A stretch of DNA of 64,000 nt from a virus (lineage: Duplodnaviria > Caudoviricetes), in IMG/VR virus record IMGVR_UViG_3300028591_000190, positions 7,853 through 71,852 of that record. One strand, written 5' to 3'. A program made the translations under genes and the position numbers. Shown piece by piece: positions 1 through 15,011 of this stretch. The notes under the pieces were generated by a model. The model was not told the origin of the DNA and did not search any database. It was given only the letters and a program-made list of their open reading frames with translations. Position 1 is the stretch's first letter. Every line of letters begins with the position of its first letter.

Positions 1-555
1 AAGAGAGGAGAACCTGATACTAATTATGGTGGATGGGGAACTGTTGATGAAAGAAAAGCAAAAATAGAGAGTGTATTTGGAACAGGAGCAGCACAAGATA
101 TTGATAATTATTTAGCTAAATTTGGTTCAGATGTTGATAGTTATTATTTAGCAATGGTAAATAATGGAACTATTGATAAATATACTTATAAAACATTATA
201 GAAATTAATAAGATTTGATACTGGCGGATATACAGGTGCTTGGGCTTCTAATTTAGGACGACTTGCTCTTTTACATGAAAAAGAATTAGTTTTAAATAAA
301 GAAGATACAGCAAATATTTTATCTGCTGTTGATATGATTAGAAATATAGCACAAGTAATTGATTTAAATGCTCGCTCTACAAGTCAAGCGATGAGTTCAG
401 CATTTAGTGCTGGATTAGTCCAAGAGACAAATAGAAACTTTGAACAAGATGTTCATATTACTGCCGAATTTCCGAATGCGACAGATCGTGATGAAATTAT
501 TGCCGCATTTGATAATCTTACTAACCTTGCTTATCAATTAGCAGGACAACAATGA
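1..555 (+). CDS. Tape measure protein, C-terminal part (runs off window start; one in-frame TAG at 199-201)
   Basis: Frame 1 is open from base 1 to TGA at 553-555 if TAG is read through. It contains FDTGGYTGAWASNLGRLALLHEKELVLN, typical of tape-measure C-termini, and precedes the tail genes. Confidence 0.75.
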
Positions 556-561
556 TTTAAA

Positions 562-597
562 ATGGGCTGAGATATTTATCTCAGCTCATTTTTTTTA
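562..597 (+). terminator. Intrinsic terminator
   Basis: Hairpin ATGGGCTGAGAT-ATTT-ATCTCAGCTCAT followed by a T run, just after the stop at 555. Confidence 0.85.
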
Positions 598-616
598 TTT
601 GGGCGATATAGGATAC

Positions 617-645
617 TTGACCTTGTAGAAAAATTATGATATAAT
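617..645 (+). promoter_or_regulatory. sigma70/sigmaA-type promoter
   Basis: TTGACC (617-622), 17-nt spacer ending TGA, TATAAT (640-645); SD AAAGGAGG precedes ATG 672. Confidence 0.8.
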
Positions 646-671
646 AGAACTGGAGAGAAAGGAGGCCGTAT

Positions 672-3600
672 ATGGCAAGTAGTCAAACAATAGCCGAAGC
701 CGTTGAAAATTCGTTAAATGCTTATAATATAATTTCTAAAAAGCATCTCGAATCAGTAAATTATGATACAACAGTTAAAGCAAAAATTGTTGATATTAAA
801 AATCGTGATTTAGGTGAATATAAAGTAAATGACGGCACAAGTATTTTTTATGCTTACTCCGAAAAAACAGACTATTATAATGGTTAGACAGTTTGGGTGA
901 CTATTCCAAATGGAGATTATTCACAACAAAAGTTTATCCAAGGTAAATATGTGGAAAATGAAAATTCAGAACCATTTACTTATGTTTCTCCATTAGATTC
1001 TTTTGTAGATATGACTTAGAATCTAATAGAACCAGGCATGGTAAACGAAACCGGCCTCATTGCGAATGGTGATATAGAAGAAATCATTCTTTGGTCTATT
1101 TTCGGACGAGAATTAATTGGATATGATAGATTAGCAATTTAGGCAGGATTTAAATCTTGGCTAAAATCTTTGAATATTTAGTCTGGTGATTATGGCTTAC
1201 GATTAGATATTGTAAGTAATATGACTGGGACTTCACAAACAAGTAATAATCGTAAATTATATCAAGTATTATTAAATACTAATGATTTTTATGGCGATGT
1301 ATATAATTTTGAAACTTTTTACAATCAAATAAAGGTTGTTGATATTTCTATGATAGAATGTATTGAGAGTATGTCTCTTGTATTTTATCAAGGAAAAAAT
1401 TTTCAAGATTCAACAAATAATCTTATACTTTCTGGGATTTTTAGTAATATTTGGGTTCAAGAACCTTATGTTAGTTTAGGATTTGATGCTAGTAGATTTA
1501 CACAAGACACAGTATTATTAACAACCAATGATAGTAAAACTTATGCTCCTTATTTAAGTGAACGGGCAAAAGCAGATTTTATAGCATCTTTAAATCCTTC
1601 TACTTATCCTGTTGGAAGTTAGCAATATATAGATATTGTAGATAAAGTTGAAAGTGGAGATTCTGATACTATTAGAATGATTCTTAATCGTTTGAATAGA
1701 AAGAATATGACGGCTCATTATATTCATATAAATGAAGATGGAAAACCAGATATATATGGGTCAGGAGATATTTTACCTGATGGAATTATTCTTCATTGGT
1801 ATCAAAGTGTTTTACATAAAGATGTAAATGATAAATTAGCGGGTCCTTTTTGGGAAGAAAAGATTCCAGAAGCAGATAATCTATTTAAAATAAATAATTT
1901 TTATCCTAACATATCTCTTCCTAATGAAAAATTTAAAGTAATAGTTGAAAATCCTTCAAGAGAAGAAAAAGCAATTGAAGTATATAATAATAATTTATTT
2001 GAAAAAACTTATGAAGAAAATGGTGTTTAGAAAAAAATTATTGATTATAAATCTCGCCCAGATATAGATGAAACTTATTATGATTGGGCTATAGGGGGAT
2101 TAGATGCTATTGAAAAAGCTAAATAGCAAGCAGTAGCTTCTTTAAGTGATAAAACTCAAATTAGAGAAGCAGAATAGGCTATTTATGATGAATATTTACA
2201 AGTTTTAGCAGCTGAAGGACTTTCTCCTGAACAAGCAGCTGCAGATGACATAAATATAGAATATCGTAAAAAACTTATGAATGTGAGAACTAATCTTAAT
2301 TCTCATGTTAATGAATATACTAATTTATATAATGAAATTATTGGCACTCTTGAAGGAGCTATTTCTTATCAAAGTGAGATTCTTGAATTTACTAATGAAG
2401 AAGAAGTCCCTAATACTGTATCATTACAACTTGTTGATGGTCTTACTTTAACAGTAGATGATGATTATCATGGCCATTATCATATTTATAATGAACAAGG
2501 AGAAATTATTAGTAAAAGAGAAAGCCAAAAGAAAAGAGTAATAACGGCAAATTGGAAATAGTTAATTACTGGAGATCGTAAATTGGATAATATTGATAGT
2601 ATTGAATGGTTAATTCCTACTACTAATACTATGATTCAATATCCAGAGAAAGGTGTAGAATATACTGATTATGAACCAGTAACTTTTGAAGATTAGATAG
2701 CTTTTGTATCTTATCCATATAATTTATATCGGAAAGTAATTGGTTCAGAAGAATATAGATTATATACTGATAGAGACCCCTCAGCATATAGTCAAACTTA
2801 CTATAAGAGAACGACTACTTCTTATACGCCAGATACTTACGGAAATAATTACTTTTCAATTTAGCGTTCTGGGCAAAAGTTTGAAGAACAAGAACTTGGA
2901 AAAGAAGAACCAGCATCAAGTGGGCAAGTGTTTAGAATTAAAGAATTTTATAATGAAAATTTAGTAAATAATACTATTAAATGTATTATTCATAAAAATA
3001 ATCTTACTTATGAGGCAGAATTAACTCTTACATTTGGTCCTACTGGAACTGCCGGAACTGATTATACTTTTTAGTTAGAATTTGCTGAAAAAATTCCTGC
3101 TTTAACTGTTGGAACTTCTAATTTAGTAGTTATTCCTCATTTATATAATTATGAAAATAAAGATGTAATTGAAGAACATTTAAATACATTGGAGTATGGT
3201 TGGTATTCTCCATTTGTAGAATCTGCTTCTAATTATAAAATACAAATAAATGATAATAATAAAATGAGAGTTATTCTTACTATATCTAATCAAAATAATA
3301 TAGAAGCTTTACGATATTATATATTAGGAGCAAAAGTAAGAGTTTCTACTTTAAATAATAAGAATATTGATTTATATACTTATAAGCCTGTGCCGGTTAG
3401 GCAAAATGATAGTTATATAAGTATAGATGGAGCAGATAAAGTTTATTATAATTCAGGAGGAACAAATCCTTCTTATTATAAGGATCCATATAAGATTTAT
3501 ACTTATGATTTTGAGAATCAAAAAACTATTGAAATAAAAAATGTTAGTTGGGCAATAAGTTTAGGTGAAGAAATTGGAAGTCAAGAACCTGATCCTAATT

Positions 3601-6600
3601 TTTATCCTATATTGTCTGATAATTATGCTTTAATTCCACCGTCTATATATATAAAAGAAAATGGTCGTGAAATAGCGGTAGAATGTAGTCAAAATGGAAA
3701 TATAATTTGGACTCAACCTTTATATATTTATCAAAATGAGTATTCATCTGCTCTTTTAAATTCTTGGGATGGAAGCTTGACTTTAGATGAAGAAAATGGT
3801 ATAATATTATCAAGAACAGTTGGAGCTGGAAGTAAAGATGACAGAAATCGTTACCAAGGCGTTCTTATGGGAGATATAACTCAAGTTGATAATACTCCTA
3901 TATATGGTTTATATGGTTATGATGGAGGCGTTCAAAGTTTTGGATTTAAAATTGATGGAACTGCTTTTATTGGTAAATCAGGAAAAGGTCAAATCAATTT
4001 TAATGGTAATTCTGGATAGATTTCAAGTTTATCAAGAAATGTATCTGCCGAAAAAGGTGAAGGTATGTTAATTGATCTTGATGATGGTTATATTGATATA
4101 AAAGGTTCTAATGTATTAAATATTAAAGAGATTGAAACTGGTGCTTTATATGATATATTACAAGTTTTAAATTTAGAAAAAAAGAAATATATTGATCTTA
4201 TAGCAGAATATGAAAGAGAAAAAAGTAAAAAACATACTTGGAATGATATGGTTAGTATATAGAAAGATATAAATAATAGAATTGATGAATATGAAGATTT
4301 TTTAGAAGATATAAATAAAACTTTAGAAGTTTTTAATCAAGAAGATAAATATATAGGAGAAACAGATAAAATAAAATATTTACAAGATAATAACTTAACT
4401 TATCTTATAAATAATGATGATTATATTCCCGTTTATGAAGGAAATCGTAGTGGAGTTCGTATATCAACTACTAATCCTTATTTTACTATTACTTCTGATA
4501 ACAGTAAAGAACTTATTCATATTGCTGATGATGAATATTTCTTATAGACAGATGATTATCAATCTGAATCTGATGAATTAATAGTAGAAGAAGATGAAGA
4601 AGGTAATACTACTGAACATTCAACTCTTGGCCGAGGATTAAAGATAAATCTTAAAGGTAAAAGAAAAGAAGGAGATCCTGATGGTTATATTGAAGGATAT
4701 AATTTTAAATTAAAGGGCGTTAATAGCGATGAAACTGATAATCTTGTAGGTTCATTTTTTGAATTAAATAGTAGTGGAGAACCTTTTTTACAAGTTCATT
4801 ATGTAAATAATGATAATAATAGTAATTTTGTTAAAGATTTAAAATTAAGAGGATATTTAGAAGCAGAAGAAAAACTTGTTAGAGATTTGATAAAAATTAG
4901 TAAAGATACTTTTATTTTACAAAGTCCTAATTATTATCCTCATACATTTGATACTTCATAGATTTCTGGATATAGAAAACATACAATTAATCCTTTTCAA
5001 TCTGGAGAAGGATTTTTATTAGATTTACAAAATGGTAAATTAGAAGGACATAATTTTGATATAAGTGCTGTTAATTCTAAATATATTGTTAATGGTAATA
5101 ATATTACATATGATTTAGAAGCAGGCTCTTATATTATGTTAAGTTCAAGTGGAGATCCTTATTTTAGAATTCATTATCAATATATAGAAAATCCAAATTC
5201 TGGATATACTGATTCTCAAGTTTGGAAATCAGTTGATGAACAAGGAGTTTATATAAATAAAAATGTTGATTTAATAAATATTTCGCATTCGGATTTTTCT
5301 ATAATGTCAAGAGATTATTAGGCTCCAACAGGAAAAGCGATTGGCAGAGGTATTTATTTTGATTTAAGCGGTAATAAAGTTTTAGGTACAGATATAAGTA
5401 ATAAATCAATAAAAGGTTCTACAATAGAGGCTTATAGTTTTATTCTTGATGCTTATCGGCCAGGTTTAATAAATAGAGATATTCGTTCAAGAATTAGAAT
5501 AAATTCTTCTGCTACTGGAATGAGGAATGAATCTCCAGTATATGCTATTGTGCCGAATCAGGATTTTTTATTACGTAATAATAATTCTTTGTCAGAATAT
5601 GAAATTCAGCATTAGATAGATGTTTATAGACAACAATATCCTAATGAATCATTAACAGATACGGCAAATCGTTTTACTTCTATTAACAATATTTCTCCAG
5701 TTAAGATAGTAACTGGAGTTGAGTATGATGATCCTTTTATTGTTGGTGGATTGTTTAGTGTAAGTTGGTCTGGTAAAGTAAATGCTGATTATCTTGTTGC
5801 GAAACAAGGTGGCAGAATTGGACCTTTTGTGCTATGTTCAAATGCATTATATAGTAATAATGGTATTTTATCTAATGGTCAACCATTTTATAATAGCAGT
5901 GGTTCAATAAATGAAGAACCTCAACCTTATGGAGTTTATTTAGGCTCTGATGGCATGAGTATTAGAGATAAATTTGTTATGTATAAAATGCCTATAAATA
6001 AAATTAAAAGTGATAAGACAAATTTAAACAATAATGATACTCATAAATTAAGAATTCCTCTAGGTTATAATATAAATACAAAAAAACAAGAATTTACTGA
6101 TGTAAAAGATTTTGTAACTACTGGTTATTATACAAATAAAGAAATAGGAGAATATTTTCTTAATTGTAGTGGAACTTATGATTAGGTATTTAAAACTGTA
6201 AATGATAATATTTTTGCTTTAGGAAATTTAAGTTTTTATTTAAATGGTAATTCTGTATTAAATGGAGTTACTGCTATGAATGGAAATACTTATATTTTTG
6301 GTCATTTATAGGTTGGAGAATATTTATCAATTCTTGGAGAAGAAACTACAAATACTAATAATTCAGTAGTATTATATGCTAATACAAGTGTTTGGGGTAT
6401 TTTTAGAACTACTGGAAAAACTTATATTGGTGATCAAGATACTAAATGGGCAAATAATGAAGATGTTTTAAGAGACGATAGTAGACAAATAATAGATAAT
6501 GATCGCCTTGGAGCAATTATTTATAGAAATACTTATATTACAGGATTTTTAAAAGTTGCTGGAGGTATGGTTGTAGGTGATGCTACACCGACTAATGCTA

Positions 6601-8873
6601 TAGAGTATGATAGTAAAAAACTTACAAGTGATTTTACTGCTTATGTAAAAAATGCTAAATTTTTTGGAGATTTAGAAGTTGCAGCAGGATTTGTTGCAGG
6701 TAGTTTAAGTACAGATAAACCTATTGGAGAAAATTTAGCGAGAGTTCCAAAATATACTCCTAATATTAATAATAATTCTATATCATTAAATTTAAGTTAT
6801 GTAAATGGTTCGGGAATTTAGTCAAAATATATCTTTTTAGGTAGATCTCCTTAGAAGATTAATAATTTATCAAATTAGAGTGATTTAATTATTTATGCTA
6901 ATACTACATAGTATGGTAATTTTATTGCTGGTATTAATGGATAGTCAGTAGAATTATATGCCAATGAAAATGGTGCTGGTTCTTATGGCTATATTAAATT
7001 AAATAAAAATGGTATTAGTATATTAACAGGAGAAAATTAGCCGTTTGAATTAAAAACAAATGGAGGAGATATTACGATAGATGGAACTAATTCTTCTTAT
7101 GGAGGTAATATTTATTTAAAAGCCGGTACTGGAAAAAATAGAAAACTTTATATTACTGGCGGAGATAATGATTATATTAAATTTAATGAAGGAGCAATGT
7201 CTATTTCTGCAAGAGGCTCTATAGAATTAAAAGCTGGAGAAGCATCATTTTCTTTATCTAATAATATTATGACTCTATCAAATAATGTAGGAAAACTTGA
7301 ATTTGAAGATTCTGCTTTAACATTATCTGGGGAGAATGGAGAACTTAAATTTAATTCAAGTGGATTTTCTTTAAAAGGTGGAAATGCTTCTTTAACCGGT
7401 AATTCAGATAATAATTTTACTTTAAGTGGAGATACTACTATTGAAGGTAATATTTATGCTCATAATCTTAAATTAGATAATAACGGGGTAGTAATGAATA
7501 GTAATGATTATACTCCAACTGCGACTTCTAATGGTTTAGGTTTTAGTAATGGTGGAAATAATTCTGCTGCTCCTACGTTGTGGCTTGGAGGATGGACTGT
7601 AGTTGGACAAAATTTACAATCTTCTTCTACATCACCTAAAATATGTTTTACTCCATCAGAAGCTGCTATTTTATTTGGAGGAGATACATTAGCATCTGCT
7701 ACAAATTATATAGATGGTCTCGGCAATGGAACATAGGGAAGTGGCATTCGAGTAAAAGGAACTACTTGGATTGTAGGTAATTTTTATGTTACAAACAATA
7801 ATGCTGAATAGACAGAACATTTTTTACTTGTTACTTCTGGAGGAATTACTATAAAACCGGATTTAACAGTAAGAGATAAAATATTGGTATAGAAGTCAGG
7901 TGTTTAGGCTAAAGTAGAATTAGATACGAGCGGAAATATTACAGGAACAGGAAGTTTAAATATAGGAAATAATTTAACAATAAATAATGATTATGGAATT
8001 ACTTCTGCTGGAAAATTTTATGGAAAATCTCTTTATATAGATTCGAATATTTCATCAGAAATGAATACTAGTGCTTCAGTTTGGATTACTCCAACAGGAG
8101 CATCTTTTGGTTCTAGTAATTATACTTTTAAAATAAATGGTGAGTCATTAGGTAAATTAGCTTTTATGGATGATGTTAAAAAAAAAATATAGCTGAATAA
8201 TTTAAAGTTTAAAATAAATTTAGAAGATAGTTATAAAATAACTTCATTAAATGATATTTATACTAATGATGATAATCTTACTGCAACTTCATATAATTTT
8301 TATTATACAACTGATTCTAATTGGAATGTTATAAAAGAAATTCCAAGAAAAAGTAGAAATGGTGATCCTATAACTCTATATGAAGAAGGTAGTGAAAGAA
8401 CCGTTTATGAACTTGATGAATCTTATACTGGATAGTTAGCAGATGTTTCAAATGTTGGTGGTGGTTGTTATCAACAAGGCAGCTATTGTTGGGTATCATT
8501 ATTTACTCAGAATAGTGATGGTACTTTTTCGCCTTATTCAGGAGATTTATATTATTAGGGTTCTTGGATTGATTTTAATAATTATTATACTATAAATCAA
8601 TGGTATCATTCTTCAAAAAGAAGTATAACTGAACAAGGAGATAAGTATATTTATTCAGATCCTGAAAGTACAAAATTTTCAACATATAATCCACCTAAAA
8701 TTACATCTATTGAAGTTGATACTGGAACAAGAATAACAAGAGAAAGTGAAGTTTTAACTTTAAGTTCAAGCACAGATAGTTCTAATATTGAATTAGTTCA
8801 ATCAGATTTTACTAGTGGAGGAGCTATTATGCTTGTTTCTAAAGATAGTGTTGAAACTTATAATACTACTTAA
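672..8873 (+). CDS. Very large tail/tail-tip structural protein (~2733 aa, code 15)
   Basis: Ten track fragments (672, 1221, 1677, 2277, 3189, 4065, 5136, 5751, 6567, 7197) share one frame and all end at TAG; the frame closes at TAA 8871-8873. About 30 internal TAGs by manual reading. Motifs such as GGRIGPFVL and LGKLAFMD resemble tail proteins; it follows the tape measure. Confidence 0.75.
4040..5450 (+). repeat. Three to four degenerate protein-level repeats inside the 672..8873 gene
   Basis: Recurring S..PYF.I / LI.I....F.LQ..DY / G.G..IDL..G.IEG.NF module, e.g. ISTTNPYFTI...GRGLKINL, LNSSGEPFLQV...GEGFLLDL, LSSSGDPYFRI...GRGIYFDL. Boundaries approximate. Confidence 0.55.
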
Positions 8874-8897
8874 TTTTAATAAAGGAGAAAAAGGATT

Positions 8898-9293
8898 ATG
8901 AAAGTAACAAAAACAATGAAAAATTCAGAAATTTATACAACAGCGGAAAATCTTCTTATGGCATTTCCGCAAGGTGAAGAAGGTAAATTTCCTGTAAAGG
9001 CACTTTTCCTTCTTAGAAAAAATATTAAAACATTTGTAGATTTGGCACAAGAAATTGAAAAAACTCGTACAGAAATTATTCAAAAATATGGTACTCCTAG
9101 TGAAGAAGATCCAGATAAATATGAGTTTAAAGATGAAAATATTGAGTTAGTAAATAAAGATTTAAATGAACTTGTTGATTGTGAACAAGAAGTTTCTTAT
9201 TATACTTTCTCTCTTGATTCTCTTGGAGATGTTGAATTAACAAATGCTCAAATGGATGCCATTATAGATTTTATTGATTATGAAGGAGAGTAA
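8898..9293 (+). CDS. Small tail-associated protein, DUF1617-like (possible assembly chaperone)
   Basis: Intact 131-aa ORF with SD and TAA stop. The LRKNIK...EIEKTRTEIIQKYG pattern resembles small helical proteins found after tail genes. Confidence 0.5.
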   Translation: MKVTKTMKNSEIYTTAENLLMAFPQGEEGKFPVKALFLLRKNIKTFVDLAQEIEKTRTEIIQKYGTPSEEDPDKYEFKDENIELVNKDLNELVDCEQEVSYYTFSLDSLGDVELTNAQMDAIIDFIDYEGE

Positions 9294-9298
9294 TAAAT

Positions 9299-11971
9299 AT
9301 GGCTAAATTGTATCCTCCCAATATTGAAGGGACAATTCCAGCCTTTTACACAGAAGGGGGGGCTACTATGTTAGTAGTCCCTTTTTCTATGAATAGAGCA
9401 GTAGGGAAAAGCGAAGTTTATGGATTTTCATTAAAACTTAAATATGTAGATGGAAGCATTATAGATACTTATTAGGTATTTAATAGTAATGTTATAATAT
9501 CAAATTCTGATGCTTATAATATATCAGAAGGTTCTTTTTATGATCTTGAAAAATCTTTAGAAGTATCTTTTAATGTAGATTCATCTTTATTTAATATAGG
9601 CCAATATTATAAAATACAACTTGCTTATATTGATGAAAATAATCAAATTGGTTATTATTCAACAATTGGAGTAATAAAATATACTTGTAAACCAATAGTA
9701 GAAATTGCTGGTTTAACAGGAGAAATTAATGCTCATACTTATGAATATGTTGGTGTATATAGTCAATATCAAAAAGATCCTACTGAGAAAGTTTATTCAA
9801 GTCGTTTTTTACTTACTGATGCTAATGGTATAGTTATAAAAGATACGGGATATATGCTTCATAACACAACTGAAGATGAACTTCCTTATGAATCAAGAGA
9901 AGGGTTTAAATGGGCAAAAGATTTAAATCCAAATCTTGTATATTATATAACTTATCAAGTAAAAACAATGAATGGTTTGGAATGTTCTTCAAATAGATAT
10001 AGAATATGTCAATTACGATTAGCAGGTAATTAGATTGATATAAAATTAAATGCAACTTTAGATTATGAGAATGGATATATAGGATTATCTTTTATATGCG
10101 ATGAACCTATTATATCTGGAACTTTTTTAATAAGTAGAGCTTGTTCTAAAGACAATTATCAATGGAATGAATTAAAACGATTTGATGTTCAATCTTTAAT
10201 TCCAAAAGAATGGAGTTTAAAAGATTGTACTATAGAACAAGGTTATACTTATCAATATTCATTACAACAATATAATGCTTATGATATATATAGTGAAAGA
10301 GTTCTCTCACAAGAAGTATTTGCAGATTTTGAACATGCATTTTTATATGACGGAATTCGACAATTTAAAATAAAATTTGATCCAAAAATTACTAATTTTA
10401 AAAATAATATTCTTGAAAATAAAATAGATACAATAGGAAATAAATATCCTTTTATTTTAAGAAATGGTAATATTAATTATAAAAGTTTTGATATTCAAGG
10501 TTTGATATCTCTTCATTCAGATTATGATGGATTGTTTATATCACGAGATAAATATAAATTAGATGATTTTGAATTTACAACAAATTTAACAAGTAATAAT
10601 ATAGCTTCTGAAAGATATTTTAAACGGCAAGTTCAAGATTGGTTAAATGATGGGAATCCTAAATTATTTAGATCTCCAACAGAAGGAAATTTTATAGTTC
10701 GTATTTTAAATGTAAATTTAACTCCCGAAGATAGATTGGGTAGAATGATACATATATTTAAAGCTACTGCTTATGAAATTGAAGAATTTTCTATTGAAAA
10801 TCTTGAAAAATATAATATTATAGATTCTCGTGAAAATTTATCAACTCTTACAAGATTATCTACTGTAAATTTAATAGAATTTAGTAAATAGCATTCTAAT
10901 ATTAACAGATGGATATCAGTAAATAGTTCTCGTAAATGCTATAGTATTAAAATTCAAGATTGTATGCCGGGAACTATTTTTAAAATAGATGGTAATGAAA
11001 TTATGATTGGAGCAACTGGTGCTTATATGGTTAAAAGTGAAAATGGATTTTCTTCAGTTGAAATTAAACCTTCTGATTTTTAGGATAATCCTTATTCATT
11101 TCCAATTTTAACTTATAGTTATCAAACAAAAGCAATAAGTGTATTTGGAGTTATTTCAGATATTAATATTATAGATGTGCCAATTTAGCAATGGATCGGA
11201 AAAAAAGAAAGATTAAATATTTTAGATAATATAAAAGATATAAGAACAACAATATCTTCTTTAGAATTAATCAGATTTAAAAAGAAAGATATTGGGCAAG
11301 TTTATGTAGATTGTTCTAAACCTCATTTATTTGATATAAATGTTCAATATAAATATTATATTGATGAAAATCTTACTGAAGAAATAAAACTTGATTCTTT
11401 ATCAAAAATTAATTTATATCAAATAAGATGTAAACGTAGTGATTATCGTGATTATTATCAAGAAGGTTATTATATAGATAATCAAAATGAAATATTTGCA
11501 CCTTTTACTAATTATATTTTAGATGGTAATACTAAATAGATTTATCCTATTACAGATGATTTATTTACAATTATTTTAAATAATGATTCTGAAATTGATT
11601 TAACTGAAATTGAAAAATTTGAAGTTCAAGATGTAAATGCTATATCATCAATTATAATTAATTTAGGAATAATTGCCGAAATAGGATATTCTAAACAAAT
11701 TAGTTCATACTATTTTGAAGATGATAATAATGCGGCAAAAAGTTTAAAAAATATGTTACAAAGTTATGAAAATTCTATTGAAAAATTTAAAAATGCTTTT
11801 GTTTCTTCTTCTGCTATTGGAAAAATTGGTCGAATGACAGACTATGAAATAGATAATTATTCAGGAACATTAAATAATTTGGCAATAGAAATAAAAGAAA
11901 AATATAGTGCTATTTTATTAGTTCTTAATAGTGCTATTATAGAATATAAGGAGCATAATGGATTACAATGA
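9299..11971 (+). CDS. Putative baseplate/distal tail protein (~890 aa, code 15)
   Basis: ATG 9299 (MAKLYPPNIEGTIPAF); track fragments 10502 and 11753 are in the same frame; ends TGA 11969-11971. Contains ENKIDTIGNKYPFILRNGNINYKSFDIQGLIS, reminiscent of distal-tail-like domains. Confidence 0.6.
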
Positions 11972-14900
11972 AAAAGAACCCTTTATTAGATAAAGATTTT
12001 TTAAAGGCTCTTGATGATGAAAACCAAAGAGAAATATTTGTGAAAATTGCTTCTTTGACATTTGATGAAGATCCCATTGAATTCATTACTGGGCGTGCGA
12101 CAGGTGGAAGTATTAATATAGATGGTAGTTCTTCTACTCGTCGCACTTGCTCCATTACTTTAACGGCAAAGGAGTTAAATATTCATGATTTTTATTGGGG
12201 ACTTAATACTAAAATTAGAGTCTTTATAGGATTAGAAAATAATATAGATAAACAATATGATGATATCATATGGTTTAATCAAGGAATATATTTAATTACT
12301 GATTTTTCAACAAATCAAACAACAAATAATTATACTATATCTATTCAAGGTAGAGATAAAATGAGTCTTTTAAATGGAGATATAGGAGGAATTATTACTT
12401 CTTTAACTGCCGATTTTGGCAAGGTGGAAAATGTTGATGAAAAAGGTAATATTACTATTACATCTCTTCCTCTTAAAGAAATTATTACAGAAGTAGTTCA
12501 TACTTGGGCTAGAGAATCTTATCAAAATATTATAATTGAAGATTTAGATGAAGTTGGTCTTGAACTAATGGAATATAGAGGTGAAGAACCTATGTATTTT
12601 TTAGTAAATGATAAAACTAATGAAGTATCAAATATGATATTATCATCTGAACTTTCTTTTCATAAATATTATTATAGTGCCGATGGTGGTAAAACTTATT
12701 CATCAGGTAATAATAAAATTAGCCTAGATAATGAGGCTTTTATATATGATACAAGAACTGAACTTTATGATGTTCAAACAACTCCTACTCATGTAAAAGA
12801 TGATTAGGGAGAAACTTATACAGTTATAAAATGTTCCTATGGTGAAACAATAGGATTTAGAGAGACTGATTTAACTTATGCCGGAGAGCTAATCGGCAAT
12901 GTTGGTAATTCAATAGTTCAATCTTGTCTTGAACCTATTAAAAATATGCTTGGTAATTATGAATATTTTTATGATATAGATGGACGTTTTCATTTTAGGC
13001 GTAAACCTACTTTTATTGATATTTCTTGGAACAGTCTTATAAAAAAAGATGATACAGAAGAAATATATGCTGATTCAAAAGCATTTACGTCTTAGGTTAT
13101 TTATTCTTTTGAAAATGCCAATCTTATTACTTCATTTTAGAATAAACCTCAATTTTCTAATTTAAAAAATGATTATTCAATTTGGGGAACTAAAACTACA
13201 TCAGGTAATAATACTTATCCAGTTCATCTTCGTTATGCTATAGATAAAAAACCTGTTTATTATAAAAACTATGATGGACAAATTTATAGTACAAAATATA
13301 AAAGTTTAATAACATTAAAGCAAGAATATGAAAAAGTTCAATCTTCAATGATTGATTCAATTTTATCTCAACATAAAAAAATGGAGTTACCAGATGGATT
13401 AAATTATCCAGGTTCTCTTTGGTGGAATATGCGAGATTGGGGAGAACTTTATTATATGATTGCTGGTGAATATCCAAATAAAGGTATTGGTTAGTATAGT
13501 CAAGATTATGATCATATAGATCTTGAAAGATATTTTCCTGGAGGTATTCATTGGGATGCCTCAAGGGATTTACATATTTTTGATGTTCAAAATTTAGATG
13601 ATGGTAATTTAAATGGTCCATTAAAGTCAACAGTTCATAATCCCTATTGTAGTCATAATTATTGGAGTTATTTTGTAATTTAGGGAGAAACTTAGAATTT
13701 TACTTCTTATATTTATAATCCTGTTTTTCCTGAAGTACAATAGAAACAACTTGAGGAATAGGCTTTTGAATATTATCAAGAATATAATAATTATAATTGT
13801 GATTGGAGAGAAATAATTTATTAGATGGCAAAAGATTATCTTAAATATGGACATAAGCAAGATTTTTTTTATAATATTGCTTAGAATAATTCTGATTATT
13901 ATCCAACGGGGTATACAGGATATGAAATGTATTATACTGATATTATTTCTTTTTGGAGAGAAATATATAATCCAGAATTTGATTTTGATTTATAGAGTGT
14001 TTCTATTACAAAAGCAATGTTTGATAAAAATCCTAGTGAGTATTATTGGCTTGATTAGTGTGAAGATGATGTAGCTTTTGATTATAATATAAATTATTTT
14101 ACAAAATCAGGATATGAAGCATATGATAGAGCTTATCCAACAGAAGAATAGTATAATTTGAATCCTAATAAATATTATATGTTAAGGCAAGGAAAAAATG
14201 GATAGTTTGATAGAAAAATAGATTATTTTATTTTATTAGAAGATACTTATAATAAATAGAAATATTCAGCAGTAATTGTTGATACTATAAGAGATATTAT
14301 TTATACGAATGATACTAATATAGTTTTTTATGTAAAATCAGAGAATGCTTATTATCATTATATACAACAAAAAGTAGGTTCAAGTTATACTTATAGTTTA
14401 GAAAAAATTATAGGTATTACTAATGTTTCAAAGTATCTTAAAACTAAAAATCCTGAATTTGGATGGCATAAAGATATAATAGAAAATCCTACAAATGTAA
14501 ATTTTTGGTTTGATTTTTTAGATAGTGCTGATGGTTCGTTATCAGCTTATAATGTAAGAAATATTGGGAATAGGCCAAAATCTATTAATGATAACAGTGT
14601 AAAGTCTATCTATTATAGAGAAACCCCAACAATTATATTTTTAGATTCTGATTTAGAAGATGAAGAAAAAATTAAATAGAAAAAATTAAAACCCGGTTAT
14701 ACTTTTATTTTATTCCCAAAATATATGGCTCCATTATTTACAGTTAGTACATAGAAAAAATGCTCTAAAGATGTTTTAGAACAGTGGCTATATGATTATA
14801 CTAAATGCACATAGTCAGTAACTATTACTGCTTTACCTGTTTATTATTTAGAACCAAATACAAGAATTTTTATTTATGATAAAAATAGTGGAATAAATGG

Positions 14901-14991
14901 AGAATATATAATAAATAAAATTAGTTATCAACTTACTTATAATAGTACAATGAATATTTAGGCTATTAAAGCAATTGATAAAATATATTAA
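11968..14991 (+). CDS. DUF5048-like minor tail / hub protein (~1007 aa, code 15)
   Basis: N-terminus GRATGGSINIDGSSSTRRTCSITL matches DUF5048-type tail proteins. The frame continues through TAGs (LITSFQNKPQFSNLKNDYSIWG...HLRYAIDKKP) to TAA 14989-14991. ATGA overlap with the upstream gene. Confidence 0.7.
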
Positions 14992-15011
14992 TTGAGATAA
15001 AGGAGAATAAA

